A DNA stretch of 64,000 nucleotides from Rhizomicrobium sp. GTDB taxonomy: Bacteria; Pseudomonadota; Alphaproteobacteria; Micropepsales; Micropepsaceae. The stretch covers positions 2,369,418 through 2,433,417 of the forward strand of contig JBBCGL010000001.1 in assembly GCA_037200385.1 (NCBI GenBank), in the 5' to 3' direction. Shown here piece by piece: positions 1 through 7,800 of the stretch; position 1 is the stretch's first letter; every line of letters begins with the position of its first letter. Below the pieces are notes generated by a model. The model was not told the origin of the DNA. It was given only the letters and a program-made list of their open reading frames with translations, and searched no databases. A program made the position numbers and the translations under genes.

Positions 1-549
1 CGGGCTCGGGCGGCCGAACAGCTTCGGCGCCCATTCAAAGGCCAGCAGGAGCTGCGGCGCCAGCGCGCCATCGGCCTGGGTCAGGGAATTGCCCACCGCA
101 TAGCCGTCGCCGCCGACGTAGTGCTCGATATAGTCCAGCGACTTTTTCACCTCGGCCAGCGCATGGTCGATCTTTGCGAGATCCCATCTCTTGCGCGGCA
201 GGCCGGCAGCGGTGAACAGCGGCACCATCGCCATCACCAGATAGAAATCGCAGAGCCGCGCGATCAGGCGGACCTGGGCTCGCGCCCAGGGATCGGCCGG
301 CCGCAGCGTCGGCGCCGGATAGGCGTCCTCGAGATATTCGCAGATGACCTCGGACTCCGGCAGCGTGCGGCCGTCGTCCAGTTCCAGCGTCGGTACGCGG
401 CCGAGTGGATTGATCTCGAGATACCCGCCCTTGCCGCTGCCGTCATGGATGCCGGACGGCTCGACGAAGGGGATGTCGAGGCCCTTGGCGTAGAGCACCA
501 GCCGCACCCGGGTCGGGAAGGGCGAGAGATAGGTCTGATGCAGTTTCAT
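1..549 (-). CDS. Glutathione S-transferase family protein (3' end runs off window)
   Basis: Not in the ORF track (no stop in window). Translated by hand from ATG at 549: MKLHQTYLSPFPTRVRLVLYAKGL...INPLGRVPTLELDDGRTLPESEVICEYLEDAYP, the GST N-terminal signature (NPxGxVPxL, ESxxIxEYL). Confidence 0.9.
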   Translation of the reverse strand, partial: MKLHQTYLSPFPTRVRLVLYAKGLDIPFVEPSGIHDGSGKGGYLEINPLGRVPTLELDDGRTLPESEVICEYLEDAYPAPTLRPADPWARAQVRLIARLCDFYLVMAMVPLFTAAGLPRKRWDLAKIDHALAEVKKSLDYIEHYVGGDGYAVGNSLTQADGALAPQLLLAFEWAPKLFGRPSP

Positions 550-552
550 CGC

Positions 553-1755
553 TCACAACCCCAGCACGAGACGGGCGACGATATCACGCTGGATCTCGTT
601 CGACCCGCCATAGATCGAAGCGGCCCGGTTGTTGAGATAGCGCGCCATCGCCAGCAGGCCCTCCGGCGGTCCGACGGGCACGGTGTTCGAGCCCGGAAGA
701 CGCGCCTCGGGCTGGTCCACGGCGGCGTAGACGCCGACCGCTTCGACCGCGAGCGCGTCGAGGCGCTGCATCGCCTCGGTGCCCTGCATCTTGAGCATCG
801 AGGAGGCCGGACCGGGATTCTTGCCGGCGCTGAGCGCGCTCATCACGCGATGCTCGGTCATCGCGATGGCTTCCACTGCGATGGCGGCGGCGGCCAGGCG
901 CGCGGCGAAGGATTCGTCGTCGATCAGCCGTGTGCCGTCGTCGCCGATCTCGATCGCCGCCAGGTCGCGGATGCGGCCGAGCGCGATCTTCAGGCCGGCG
1001 CCCGAACCGCCGCCGCGCTCGAACTCCAGGAGATATTTCGCGACCGTCCAGCCGTCATTCTCTTCCCCGAGCCGGCCGGATTTCGGCACGCGGACGTCGT
1101 CGAAGAAGACCTGGTTCACCTCATGCTCGCCGGCCAGGGTGATGATCGGCTTCACCGTGATGCCCGGCGCCGCCATGTCGAGCAGCAGGAAGGTGATGCC
1201 CGCCTGCGCCTTGCCGTCCGACCTGGTGCGCACGAGGCAGAACATGCGGTTCGCCCAATGGGCATGCGTCGTCCAGATCTTCGAGCCGTTGAGGACGTAG
1301 TCATCGCCGTCGCTCACCGCCTTCAGCTGCAGCGAAGCGAGGTCGGAGCCCGAGCCCGGCTCGGAATAGCCCTGGCACCAATAGTCCTCGCCGGACAGGA
1401 TGCGCGGCAGATAGTGGGCTTTTTGCGTCTCGGTGCCGTAGCGCATGATGCAGGGTCCGACCATGCGAAGCCCCATCGGCGCCAGGGCCGGCGCGCCCGC
1501 ACGCGCGCATTCGGCAGCGAAGATATGGCGCTGCATGTCGCTCCAGCCGGTGCCGCCGAATTGGCGGGGCCAGCTCGGCGCCGCCCAGCCCTTGGCGTGC
1601 AGGATCTTCTGCCAGGCGAGGCTGTAGCGCTTGTCCATGAAGACCGAGGTCGCGCGGCGGCCGGCCTCGCACAGCTCAGGCGTCAGCGCGGCATCGAGAA
1701 ACGCGCGCACTTCGTCGCGAAAGCAGATTTCCTCAGTGGAAAGATCGAGATTCAT
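553..1755 (-). CDS. Acyl-CoA dehydrogenase family protein
   Basis: Motifs WCQGYSEPGSGSDLASL, NGSKIWTT, FFDDVRVP, IYGGSNEIQRDIVA. Confidence 0.92.
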   Translation of the reverse strand: MNLDLSTEEICFRDEVRAFLDAALTPELCEAGRRATSVFMDKRYSLAWQKILHAKGWAAPSWPRQFGGTGWSDMQRHIFAAECARAGAPALAPMGLRMVGPCIMRYGTETQKAHYLPRILSGEDYWCQGYSEPGSGSDLASLQLKAVSDGDDYVLNGSKIWTTHAHWANRMFCLVRTRSDGKAQAGITFLLLDMAAPGITVKPIITLAGEHEVNQVFFDDVRVPKSGRLGEENDGWTVAKYLLEFERGGGSGAGLKIALGRIRDLAAIEIGDDGTRLIDDESFAARLAAAAIAVEAIAMTEHRVMSALSAGKNPGPASSMLKMQGTEAMQRLDALAVEAVGVYAAVDQPEARLPGSNTVPVGPPEGLLAMARYLNNRAASIYGGSNEIQRDIVARLVLGL

Positions 1756-1810
1756 GGATACCAGCGTGTTCCGGGCTCACGCGGCGATCAAGCCGCAATG
1801 CAAGCCTTCC

Positions 1811-2278
1811 TCAAGTGGAGCGCGGAAATTTTCGCTTGATTGCCTGCACTTCATTTTCGAGCGCGCCGAGGAATCGCGAACGGTCCTGCTTGGTGAAGCC
1901 GGCGTTGAAGGTCTGGCCGCCGGGCGTCGCTTCGCGCAGATGGCGGTGCAGGTCGCGCATGCCGAGCGCCACGCCGATGCTCGCCTCGGTGAAGGGCTTG
2001 CCGGTCGGTCCCAGCACGCGTGCGCCCTTGCCCAGCGCGCGCGACGCCAGCGGGATGTCCGCCGTGATCACGACATCACCCTCGCCGGCATTCTCGACGA
2101 TCCAGTCGTCGGCGGCGTCGGCCCCCGCCGCGACGGTGACGTGCTGCACCAGCGGGTTGCGGCTGGGCCGCAGACCGCCATTGCTGACGATGACGACCGG
2201 CAGGGCGTGCCGCTCGGCCACCCGCTCGACCTCCGCCTTCACCGGGCAGGCGTCGCCGTCGACATAGATCTCAAGCAC
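1811..2278 (-). CDS. yaiI: YaiI/YqxD (UPF0178) family protein
   Basis: IYVDGDACPVK, ADDWIVE, VITADIPLA, and C-terminal DRSRF motifs. Confidence 0.88.
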   Translation of the reverse strand: MLEIYVDGDACPVKAEVERVAERHALPVVIVSNGGLRPSRNPLVQHVTVAAGADAADDWIVENAGEGDVVITADIPLASRALGKGARVLGPTGKPFTEASIGVALGMRDLHRHLREATPGGQTFNAGFTKQDRSRFLGALENEVQAIKRKFPRST

Positions 2279-2334
2279 GATTTTGTCTCACCGCCGCGCT
2301 GCTTCTATAAGGGAGCGGCGACAGGGAGAATAGC

Positions 2335-2955
2335 GTGGCGCTGGCCCCGGAAGACATGGACTTCATCTCGAATTTCTCGACGCTGTGGGCGGTGTTCCTC
2401 GGCGCCGTCCTGGCGACGCTGGGCGGCTTCGTGGCGACGCAGCTCGAATGGTATCTCGAGAAGCGCCGGCGCGAGCGCAATGCGGCGCTGTTCTTCGGCG
2501 AAGTGATGTCGACGCTCAACATCCTGCTCGGCTACGCCGAGAACGCGACGAAGATCGGCGATCCCTTTGGGCCGATCACGCTGCGCCTGTTCCGCTCGGC
2601 GATCGGCGAGATCGAGATCTACAACCGCAACCGCGAGACACTCTACGACCTCAGCCATGCCGACCTGCGGGCGCGGATCCATACGCTCATCCTGCGCCTC
2701 AACATGTCGGTCGACGGCATCTTCGATACCACGAACACGATTGCGGGGATCGAGACGCAGCTCGAATCGGAAAGCCTCACCGCCACCGAACGCGACAGGC
2801 TCGAGAAACGGATCGCCGCGCTCGCCGAGAGTCGCAAGGGAGCGTGCGAATACGTGCTGGAGAATGCCGCACTGCTCAAGGGCGTGGTCAAGGAGCTCGA
2901 ACCGATCGCGCGTTTCTCCTTCGACGACATGGCCAAGGCGGTGCACAATGCCTAA
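2335..2955 (+). CDS. Hypothetical protein with N-terminal transmembrane helix
   Basis: 206 aa with protein-like composition, hydrophobic segment LWAVFLGAVLATLGGFVAT, GGGAG upstream of the GTG start. Confidence 0.7.
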   Translation: MALAPEDMDFISNFSTLWAVFLGAVLATLGGFVATQLEWYLEKRRRERNAALFFGEVMSTLNILLGYAENATKIGDPFGPITLRLFRSAIGEIEIYNRNRETLYDLSHADLRARIHTLILRLNMSVDGIFDTTNTIAGIETQLESESLTATERDRLEKRIAALAESRKGACEYVLENAALLKGVVKELEPIARFSFDDMAKAVHNA

Positions 2956-3262
2956 GCCGATTTGGGTTGCGGCGCTCTGCATGCTGTCGCTCGCCGGCTG
3001 CGAGTCGCGCGGCGACCTCACCTCGGACGCGTTCGAGCCGGGCAATGTCCCGCAATCGCGGTTCGTGCTCGACAACGCCGACTGCACCGTGAAGGCGGAC
3101 AATCGGCGCGACTATCAATTGCCGGGGATCACCGAGCCTCAGACCGCGCGGCACGAAATCTATAATCGTGCCTATACGGCCTGCATGGCGGCAGACGGGT
3201 ATGTCCGGCGCGACTGGTCGCCGGACATACCCGTGCCCTATTCGGTGGACCTCCGGCCCTAA
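2948..3262 (+). CDS. Hypothetical lipoprotein
   Basis: ATG at 2948 overlaps the end of the upstream gene; MPKPIWVAALCMLSLAGC has a lipobox (LAGC); pattern of a Cys and a later YxxCMxxxGY. Confidence 0.7.
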   Translation: MPKPIWVAALCMLSLAGCESRGDLTSDAFEPGNVPQSRFVLDNADCTVKADNRRDYQLPGITEPQTARHEIYNRAYTACMAADGYVRRDWSPDIPVPYSVDLRP

Positions 3263-4521
3263 GCGGCCCGGCGGCTGCCGCGCGGCTGGAAGCGGCGCTT
3301 GGGGCGCTTGTAGCTGTTCTCCGGCGGCTTCTTGTGGCCGAAGGAACGCGGCATCTCGTTGACGCTCCCGGCGGCGGCCAGTGCGTCGGGCGCCAGGCCG
3401 TGCTCGACGACCGGAAGCTGGCGCTTCACCAGCCGCTCGATGTCGCGCAGCTGGCTGCGCTCGGCCGGATCGCAGAACGAGATCGCGATGCCCTCCGAGC
3501 CGGCGCGCGCGGTGCGGCCGATGCGGTGGACATAGCTTTCAGGCTCGTTGGGCAGCTCGAAATTGATGACATGCGTGATGTTGTCGACATCGACGCCGCG
3601 GGCCGCGATGTCGGTGGCGACGAGGACGCGCACCTGCCCGGACTTGAAGCCGTCGAGCGCGCGCTGGCGGGCGTTCTGCGACTTGTTGCCGTGGATGGCA
3701 TCGGTCGCGAAGCCCTGTTTCTCCAGATGCTCGCTGACCCGGTTGGCGATGTGCTTGGTCCGCGTGAAGACGATGACGCGCTTGAAGGCGTCGTCGCGCA
3801 GCAGATGGCTGAGCAGCGTGCGCTTGTCCTTCTGGGCGATATGGATCACGCGCTGTTCGATGCGATCGGCGGTGACGGTCGGCGGCGAGACTTCGACGCG
3901 CTCGGGCTGGCGCAGCATATCGCCGATCAGCTGGACGACTTCGCCCGGCATGGTGGCGGAGAACAGCATCGACTGGCGGTCCTTGGGCAGCATCCCGACG
4001 ATGCGGCGGACATCCTTGATGAAGCCCATGTCGAGCATCCGGTCGGCCTCGTCGACGATGAGGACCTGAGCGCGGTCGAGACGGATGTGGTTCTGCTTGA
4101 CGAGGTCGAGCAGGCGGCCCGGCGTGGCGACGAGGATGTCGACGCCGCCCCGCATGGCATTGACCTGGGCGTTCTGGCTGACGCCGCCCAGGATCACGGC
4201 CTGGCGCAGGCCCAGATGGCGGCCATAGGTCTTCAGGCTCTGGTCGATCTGGACCGCGAGCTCGCGGGTCGGTGCGAGGATCAGGGCGCGGGTGCCTTTC
4301 GGCTCGGGCCGGGTGCGATTCTCGCTCAGGCGCTGGAGCAGCGGCAAGCCGAACGCGGCGGTCTTGCCGGTGCCGGTCTGGGCAATGCCGAGCAGGTCGC
4401 GGCCGGCCAGCAGCGCGGGGATCGCGCGGGTCTGGATCGGGGTCGGATGGGTGTAGTTCTCCTCGTTCAGGGCGCGCAGGAGCGGCTCGGAAAGGCCGAG
4501 GGATTCGAAAGTCGTGTTCAA
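3259..4521 (-). CDS. rhlE: DEAD-box RNA helicase, RhlE-like
   Basis: Q motif, AQTGTGKT, PTRELA, TPGRLLD, DEAD, SAT, ARGVD, HRIGRTARAG. Likely TTG start at 4521 behind an AAGGA RBS. Confidence 0.93.
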   Translation of the reverse strand: MNTTFESLGLSEPLLRALNEENYTHPTPIQTRAIPALLAGRDLLGIAQTGTGKTAAFGLPLLQRLSENRTRPEPKGTRALILAPTRELAVQIDQSLKTYGRHLGLRQAVILGGVSQNAQVNAMRGGVDILVATPGRLLDLVKQNHIRLDRAQVLIVDEADRMLDMGFIKDVRRIVGMLPKDRQSMLFSATMPGEVVQLIGDMLRQPERVEVSPPTVTADRIEQRVIHIAQKDKRTLLSHLLRDDAFKRVIVFTRTKHIANRVSEHLEKQGFATDAIHGNKSQNARQRALDGFKSGQVRVLVATDIAARGVDVDNITHVINFELPNEPESYVHRIGRTARAGSEGIAISFCDPAERSQLRDIERLVKRQLPVVEHGLAPDALAAAGSVNEMPRSFGHKKPPENSYKRPKRRFQPRGSRRAA

Positions 4522-4676
4522 ACAATGTTCCTTAACCGCATGAACGTGCGGGATGCACGCGCTGATAACGGCTTGTTGCCGCCTTCCACGCACATCTGGA
4601 GCGAACGGGAGATTTACTGAGGCTTGCGGTGAGAGCGTGCCATGCACGCCGCGTGCGACCGTCAAGCGATGGCGGC

Positions 4677-4705
4677 TATATCGTCGGTGCGAGTCTCAAT
4701 GTCAA
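4677..4705 (-). promoter_or_regulatory. Sigma70-type promoter for rhlE
   Basis: Minus strand TTGACA (4705-4700), 17 nt spacer, GATATA (4682-4677); implies a ~150 nt 5' UTR. Confidence 0.6.
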
Positions 4706-4758
4706 GTCACGGCACCGGAGGACGGAACTTGCTCGATCTTTCGGACCATCGCTTCGCG

Positions 4759-4957
4759 CCGATTGTGCCGGGCAGCATCACGACGCCGGTGCAGATTGTC
4801 TGGGGCTGCTACGATCCTTATGCCCTCCCCGTCCTGGCGGAGGCCAGCAAGGCGCTCTGCGCCGACGCCGGGCCGACCTTCTTCCCGAAGCGGCGCCTTG
4901 GGTCGCGCAAGATGAACGGGACGCGTCGACGTGATCCTGCTCGACGTCTTCAAATAG
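4759..4957 (+). pseudogene. Frameshifted C-terminal remnant of an alpha/beta hydrolase (epoxide hydrolase-like)
   Basis: Three frames join to PIVPGSITTPVQIVWGCYDPYALPVLAEASKALCADAGPTFF / PEAAPWVAQDERD / RVDVILLDVFK*. This resembles the hydrolase tail PxLxIWGxxD...PxAxHWVxxDxPxxV, with Pro in place of the catalytic His. Confidence 0.5.
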
Positions 4958-5220
4958 CCAAAAGCGCAATAATCCCCGGGACTTCCAAGTATTCATCAGA
5001 TGATCAGGAAGGAACGATCCGGCCTCGCGGATCGGCGCAAGGCGGCCACGCAGACGGGCCTTCCGAACGACATTATCCATTCATGCCGCAGCATGTTGGC
5101 GGCACCCTGTTGCGGATTCACCGTAGTTTTGCGCATGATGGGCGGAACACGACCGTCCGTCGCCGGACGAGCGGACGTGGTTACTGGGCGATCCGGCAGG
5201 GCATGGCATTCGGCGGCATC

Positions 5221-5949
5221 ATGGCGAACTACGATAACGGCTCGCGCGGCGGTCTTGCGCAGGCATCGGTCAAAGGCACAGTCAAGTGGTTCAATGGAAC
5301 CAAAGGCTACGGCTTCATCACTCTAGAGAATGGCGGCGACGCCTTCTGTCACGCATCGGCGCTGCAGGCAGCAGGCCATGCGGAGGTCCCCCAGGGAGCG
5401 ACGATCGTCTGCGACCTGCAGGATTCTCCGCGCGGCCTTCAGGTCGTTGCGGTGCACAGCGTCGATCTCAGCACCGCTGACTCGGGCGGTGGCGGTGGCG
5501 GACCGCGCGGTCCCCGTCGCGACTTCGGGGACAGCGGCGGTGGCCGGCGCGGCGGTGGCGGACGCTTCGGCGGCGGCGACCAGTTCGGTGGCGGCGATCG
5601 CTTCGGTGGTGGCGACCGGTTCGGTGGCGGAGACCGTTTCGGCGGCGGGGATCGCTTCGGTGGCGGCGACCGGTTCGGTGGCGGCGGCGGTGGCGGTGGA
5701 CGCTTCGGCGGTGGCCGCGAGCGCGATGCCGGGCCTTCGGGTCCCATGGTCGAAGGCAAGGTCAAGTTCTTCAACGACCAGAAGGGCTTCGGCTTTGTGA
5801 TGCCGGACAGCGGCAGCGGCGACGTCTACATCCATGCCAGCGCGCTCCGGCGCTCCGGCGTGCAGGTCCTGGAACCGGAACAGCGTATTCGCTATTCCAC
5901 CCGCCAGGGCCAAAAGGGTGTCGAAGTCGACCGCGTCGAGGTCATCTAA
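5221..5949 (+). CDS. Cold-shock protein with two CSD domains and a Gly/Arg-rich repeat linker
   Basis: Two CSDs (GTVKWFNGTKGYGFI...FCHASAL; GKVKFFNDQKGFGFV...YIHASAL). Start at 5221 or 5212; the upstream part of the 435-aa ORF is not Csp-like. Confidence 0.9.
   Translation: MANYDNGSRGGLAQASVKGTVKWFNGTKGYGFITLENGGDAFCHASALQAAGHAEVPQGATIVCDLQDSPRGLQVVAVHSVDLSTADSGGGGGGPRGPRRDFGDSGGGRRGGGGRFGGGDQFGGGDRFGGGDRFGGGDRFGGGDRFGGGDRFGGGGGGGGRFGGGRERDAGPSGPMVEGKVKFFNDQKGFGFVMPDSGSGDVYIHASALRRSGVQVLEPEQRIRYSTRQGQKGVEVDRVEVI
5566..5673 (+). repeat. Six 18-bp coding tandem repeats (FGGGDQ + 5x FGGGDR)
   Basis: Units such as ttcggtggcggcgatcgc and ttcggtggtggcgaccgg; the FGGGDR units differ only at synonymous positions. 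Confidence 0.95.
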
Positions 5950-6067
5950 GCGCCTGTTTTCTTTTGCGCTTCTACTAGTTGGCGAGCCTTGCGGCCCGCG
6001 CAACGCGGTATCGCATGGTAAATTGACAGCGCCTGCTTGAATTGCGCACCCGCGAACATATATAGCG

Positions 6068-6096
6068 TCGATCTATATCGGACCTATATAGATCGA
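6068..6096. promoter_or_regulatory. Perfect inverted repeat, candidate PadR operator
   Basis: tcgatctatat-N7-atatagatcga, AT-rich, 13 bp upstream of the padR ATG. Confidence 0.6.
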
Positions 6097-6109
6097 GGGG
6101 CTTGGGGCC

Positions 6110-6643
6110 ATGGATGTCCGCACGATCTGCTTGGGGATTCTGACCCGGTGCGACGCCACAGGCTATGAAATCAAGAAGTTGTTCGAGGACGACGGCTACG
6201 AGCATTTCGTCGAAGCCAGCTTCGGATCGATCTATCCCGCGCTGAACCGTCTGACCGATGAAGGCTATGTCTCCGTCCGCTCCGAAGCGCAGGAGAAGCG
6301 ACCGGACCGCAAGGTCTATTCCATCACACCGGCCGGGCGCTCGGCCTTCATCGCTTCACTGCTCAAGCCGCTGCCGGAAGACCGTCACCGCTCGCCCTTC
6401 GTGTTCGCCATGCTGTTCGCCGACATGCTGCCGGCGAGCCGCGTGACGGGCATGCTGGACGGCTATATCGCGCAAATCGAGCAGAAGCTCGCGCATCTGA
6501 AAGCCCATGATTGCGCATCCCAGTCGAGCGGCGAGCGCTTCGTCGCCGGCTATGGACGCACGGTCTATGAGGCGATCCTGGAATTCCTCCGCGGCCATCG
6601 GGCGGAGATCGAAAAAGAACAACTGGCCCAAGCGGCCGAATAG
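6110..6643 (+). CDS. PadR family transcriptional regulator
   Basis: TGYEIKKLFE...FGSIYPALNRL...RKVYSITPAGR winged-helix signature. Confidence 0.92.
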   Translation: MDVRTICLGILTRCDATGYEIKKLFEDDGYEHFVEASFGSIYPALNRLTDEGYVSVRSEAQEKRPDRKVYSITPAGRSAFIASLLKPLPEDRHRSPFVFAMLFADMLPASRVTGMLDGYIAQIEQKLAHLKAHDCASQSSGERFVAGYGRTVYEAILEFLRGHRAEIEKEQLAQAAE

Positions 6644-6660
6644 CTGGAGCGGGAACGCCT

Positions 6661-7800
6661 ATGTTCAGGCAAATCGGAGAGACGATCGGACGCCTGTACG
6701 ATGCCGTCATGCCCGGCTTCTGGCTGCGCATGAAGCCGGCCTATCAGTGGGCCGCCGGCATCGCAATCGTCGTCGTCCTGTGGATCGCGAGCGGCCAGCT
6801 GACCGGGCGCGCGGCGCCGCACGACGAGAAGGTGGCCGATGCGTCGAAGGCCGTCACGATGGTTCGGGTCGCGACCCTTACCGCTTCCTCGCGCGATGCG
6901 ACCATCACGGTGCGCGGCCGGACCCAGGCCAAGAACGCGGTCGACGTCCGGGCCGAGGTCGAAGGCGTGGTGCAGGCCATCCATTTCGACAAGGGCCAGC
7001 GGGTGCGCGCCGGCGACACGCTGTGCGAGATCAAGCTCAACGACCGCGGCGCCAAGGTACAGCAGGCCTCGGCGATGGTGGCGCAGACCCTGAAGGAGCT
7101 GCAGGTCGCGCAGGATCTCTACAAGGAGGGCTTCCGCTCCAAGACCCAGCTGGCACAGGCCGAAGCGGCCTATGCGCAGGCCCAGGCCGGACTTTCGACC
7201 ATGCAGATCGCGCTCGGCAACACCCGCATCAAGGCGCCCTTCGCCGGCTTCGTGGACGACCGCTATGTCAATGTCGGCGATTACATGCGCCCAGGCGACA
7301 AGTGCGAGATGGTCGTTGCACCCGAGCCCTTCCTCGCGGTCGGCACCGTGTCGGAGCAGGACGTCGGCCAGATCAGCCTCGGCGACGTCGCGACCGTCAA
7401 CCTCGTGTCGGGCGAAGCGGTGCGCGGCAAGGTGAGCTTCGTGGCCGACCGCGCCGACCAGATGACGCGCGCCTTCCGCATCGAAGTCGAGCTTCCCAAT
7501 CCGGACGCCAAGCTGCGCGACGGGGTGAGCGCCGACATCCATATCGCGGTGAAGCGGCTGAAGGCCCAGCACATCTCGCCCGGTATCCTGGTGCTCGACG
7601 ATTCGGGCCAGGTCGGCGTGCGCGTCGTGGAAGACCGGATCGTGCGCTTCATCCCGGTCTCCGTGCTGTCGGATGACCCGACCGGCGCCTGGGTGACCGG
7701 CCTGCCGGACCGCGTCACCGTCATCATCGTGGGCCAGGAATTCGTGAGCAACGGCCAGAAGGTCGACGCGGTGCCCGAGAAGAGCGGAAAATCGTCATGA
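6661..7800 (+). CDS. RND efflux periplasmic adaptor (membrane fusion protein)
   Basis: N-terminal TM, lipoyl-like VRAEVEGVV...KGQRVRAGD, coiled hairpin, IKAPFAG; ATGA overlap with the RND gene. Confidence 0.92.
   Translation: MFRQIGETIGRLYDAVMPGFWLRMKPAYQWAAGIAIVVVLWIASGQLTGRAAPHDEKVADASKAVTMVRVATLTASSRDATITVRGRTQAKNAVDVRAEVEGVVQAIHFDKGQRVRAGDTLCEIKLNDRGAKVQQASAMVAQTLKELQVAQDLYKEGFRSKTQLAQAEAAYAQAQAGLSTMQIALGNTRIKAPFAGFVDDRYVNVGDYMRPGDKCEMVVAPEPFLAVGTVSEQDVGQISLGDVATVNLVSGEAVRGKVSFVADRADQMTRAFRIEVELPNPDAKLRDGVSADIHIAVKRLKAQHISPGILVLDDSGQVGVRVVEDRIVRFIPVSVLSDDPTGAWVTGLPDRVTVIIVGQEFVSNGQKVDAVPEKSGKSS

Noticed and set aside
121-1839. 572-aa plus-strand ORF, and similar long ORFs at 3334-4620, 7281-10625, 14929-16482, 19144-21258, 27243-29012, 40832-43687, 48979-51063 and 57360-60284
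   Set aside because: Antisense shadows of well-supported genes, expected from high-GC codon bias; Arg/His/Gly-rich with no motifs.
4642-5220. Apparent N-terminal extension fusing a hydrolase-like segment to the cold-shock protein
   Set aside because: The hydrolase remnant is frameshifted and partial, and the rest is not protein-like; an open frame by chance is more likely than a real fusion.
5566-5720. Regular short repeats that could be mistaken for a CRISPR array
   Set aside because: 18-bp in-frame coding units with no spacers, and no cas genes in the window.
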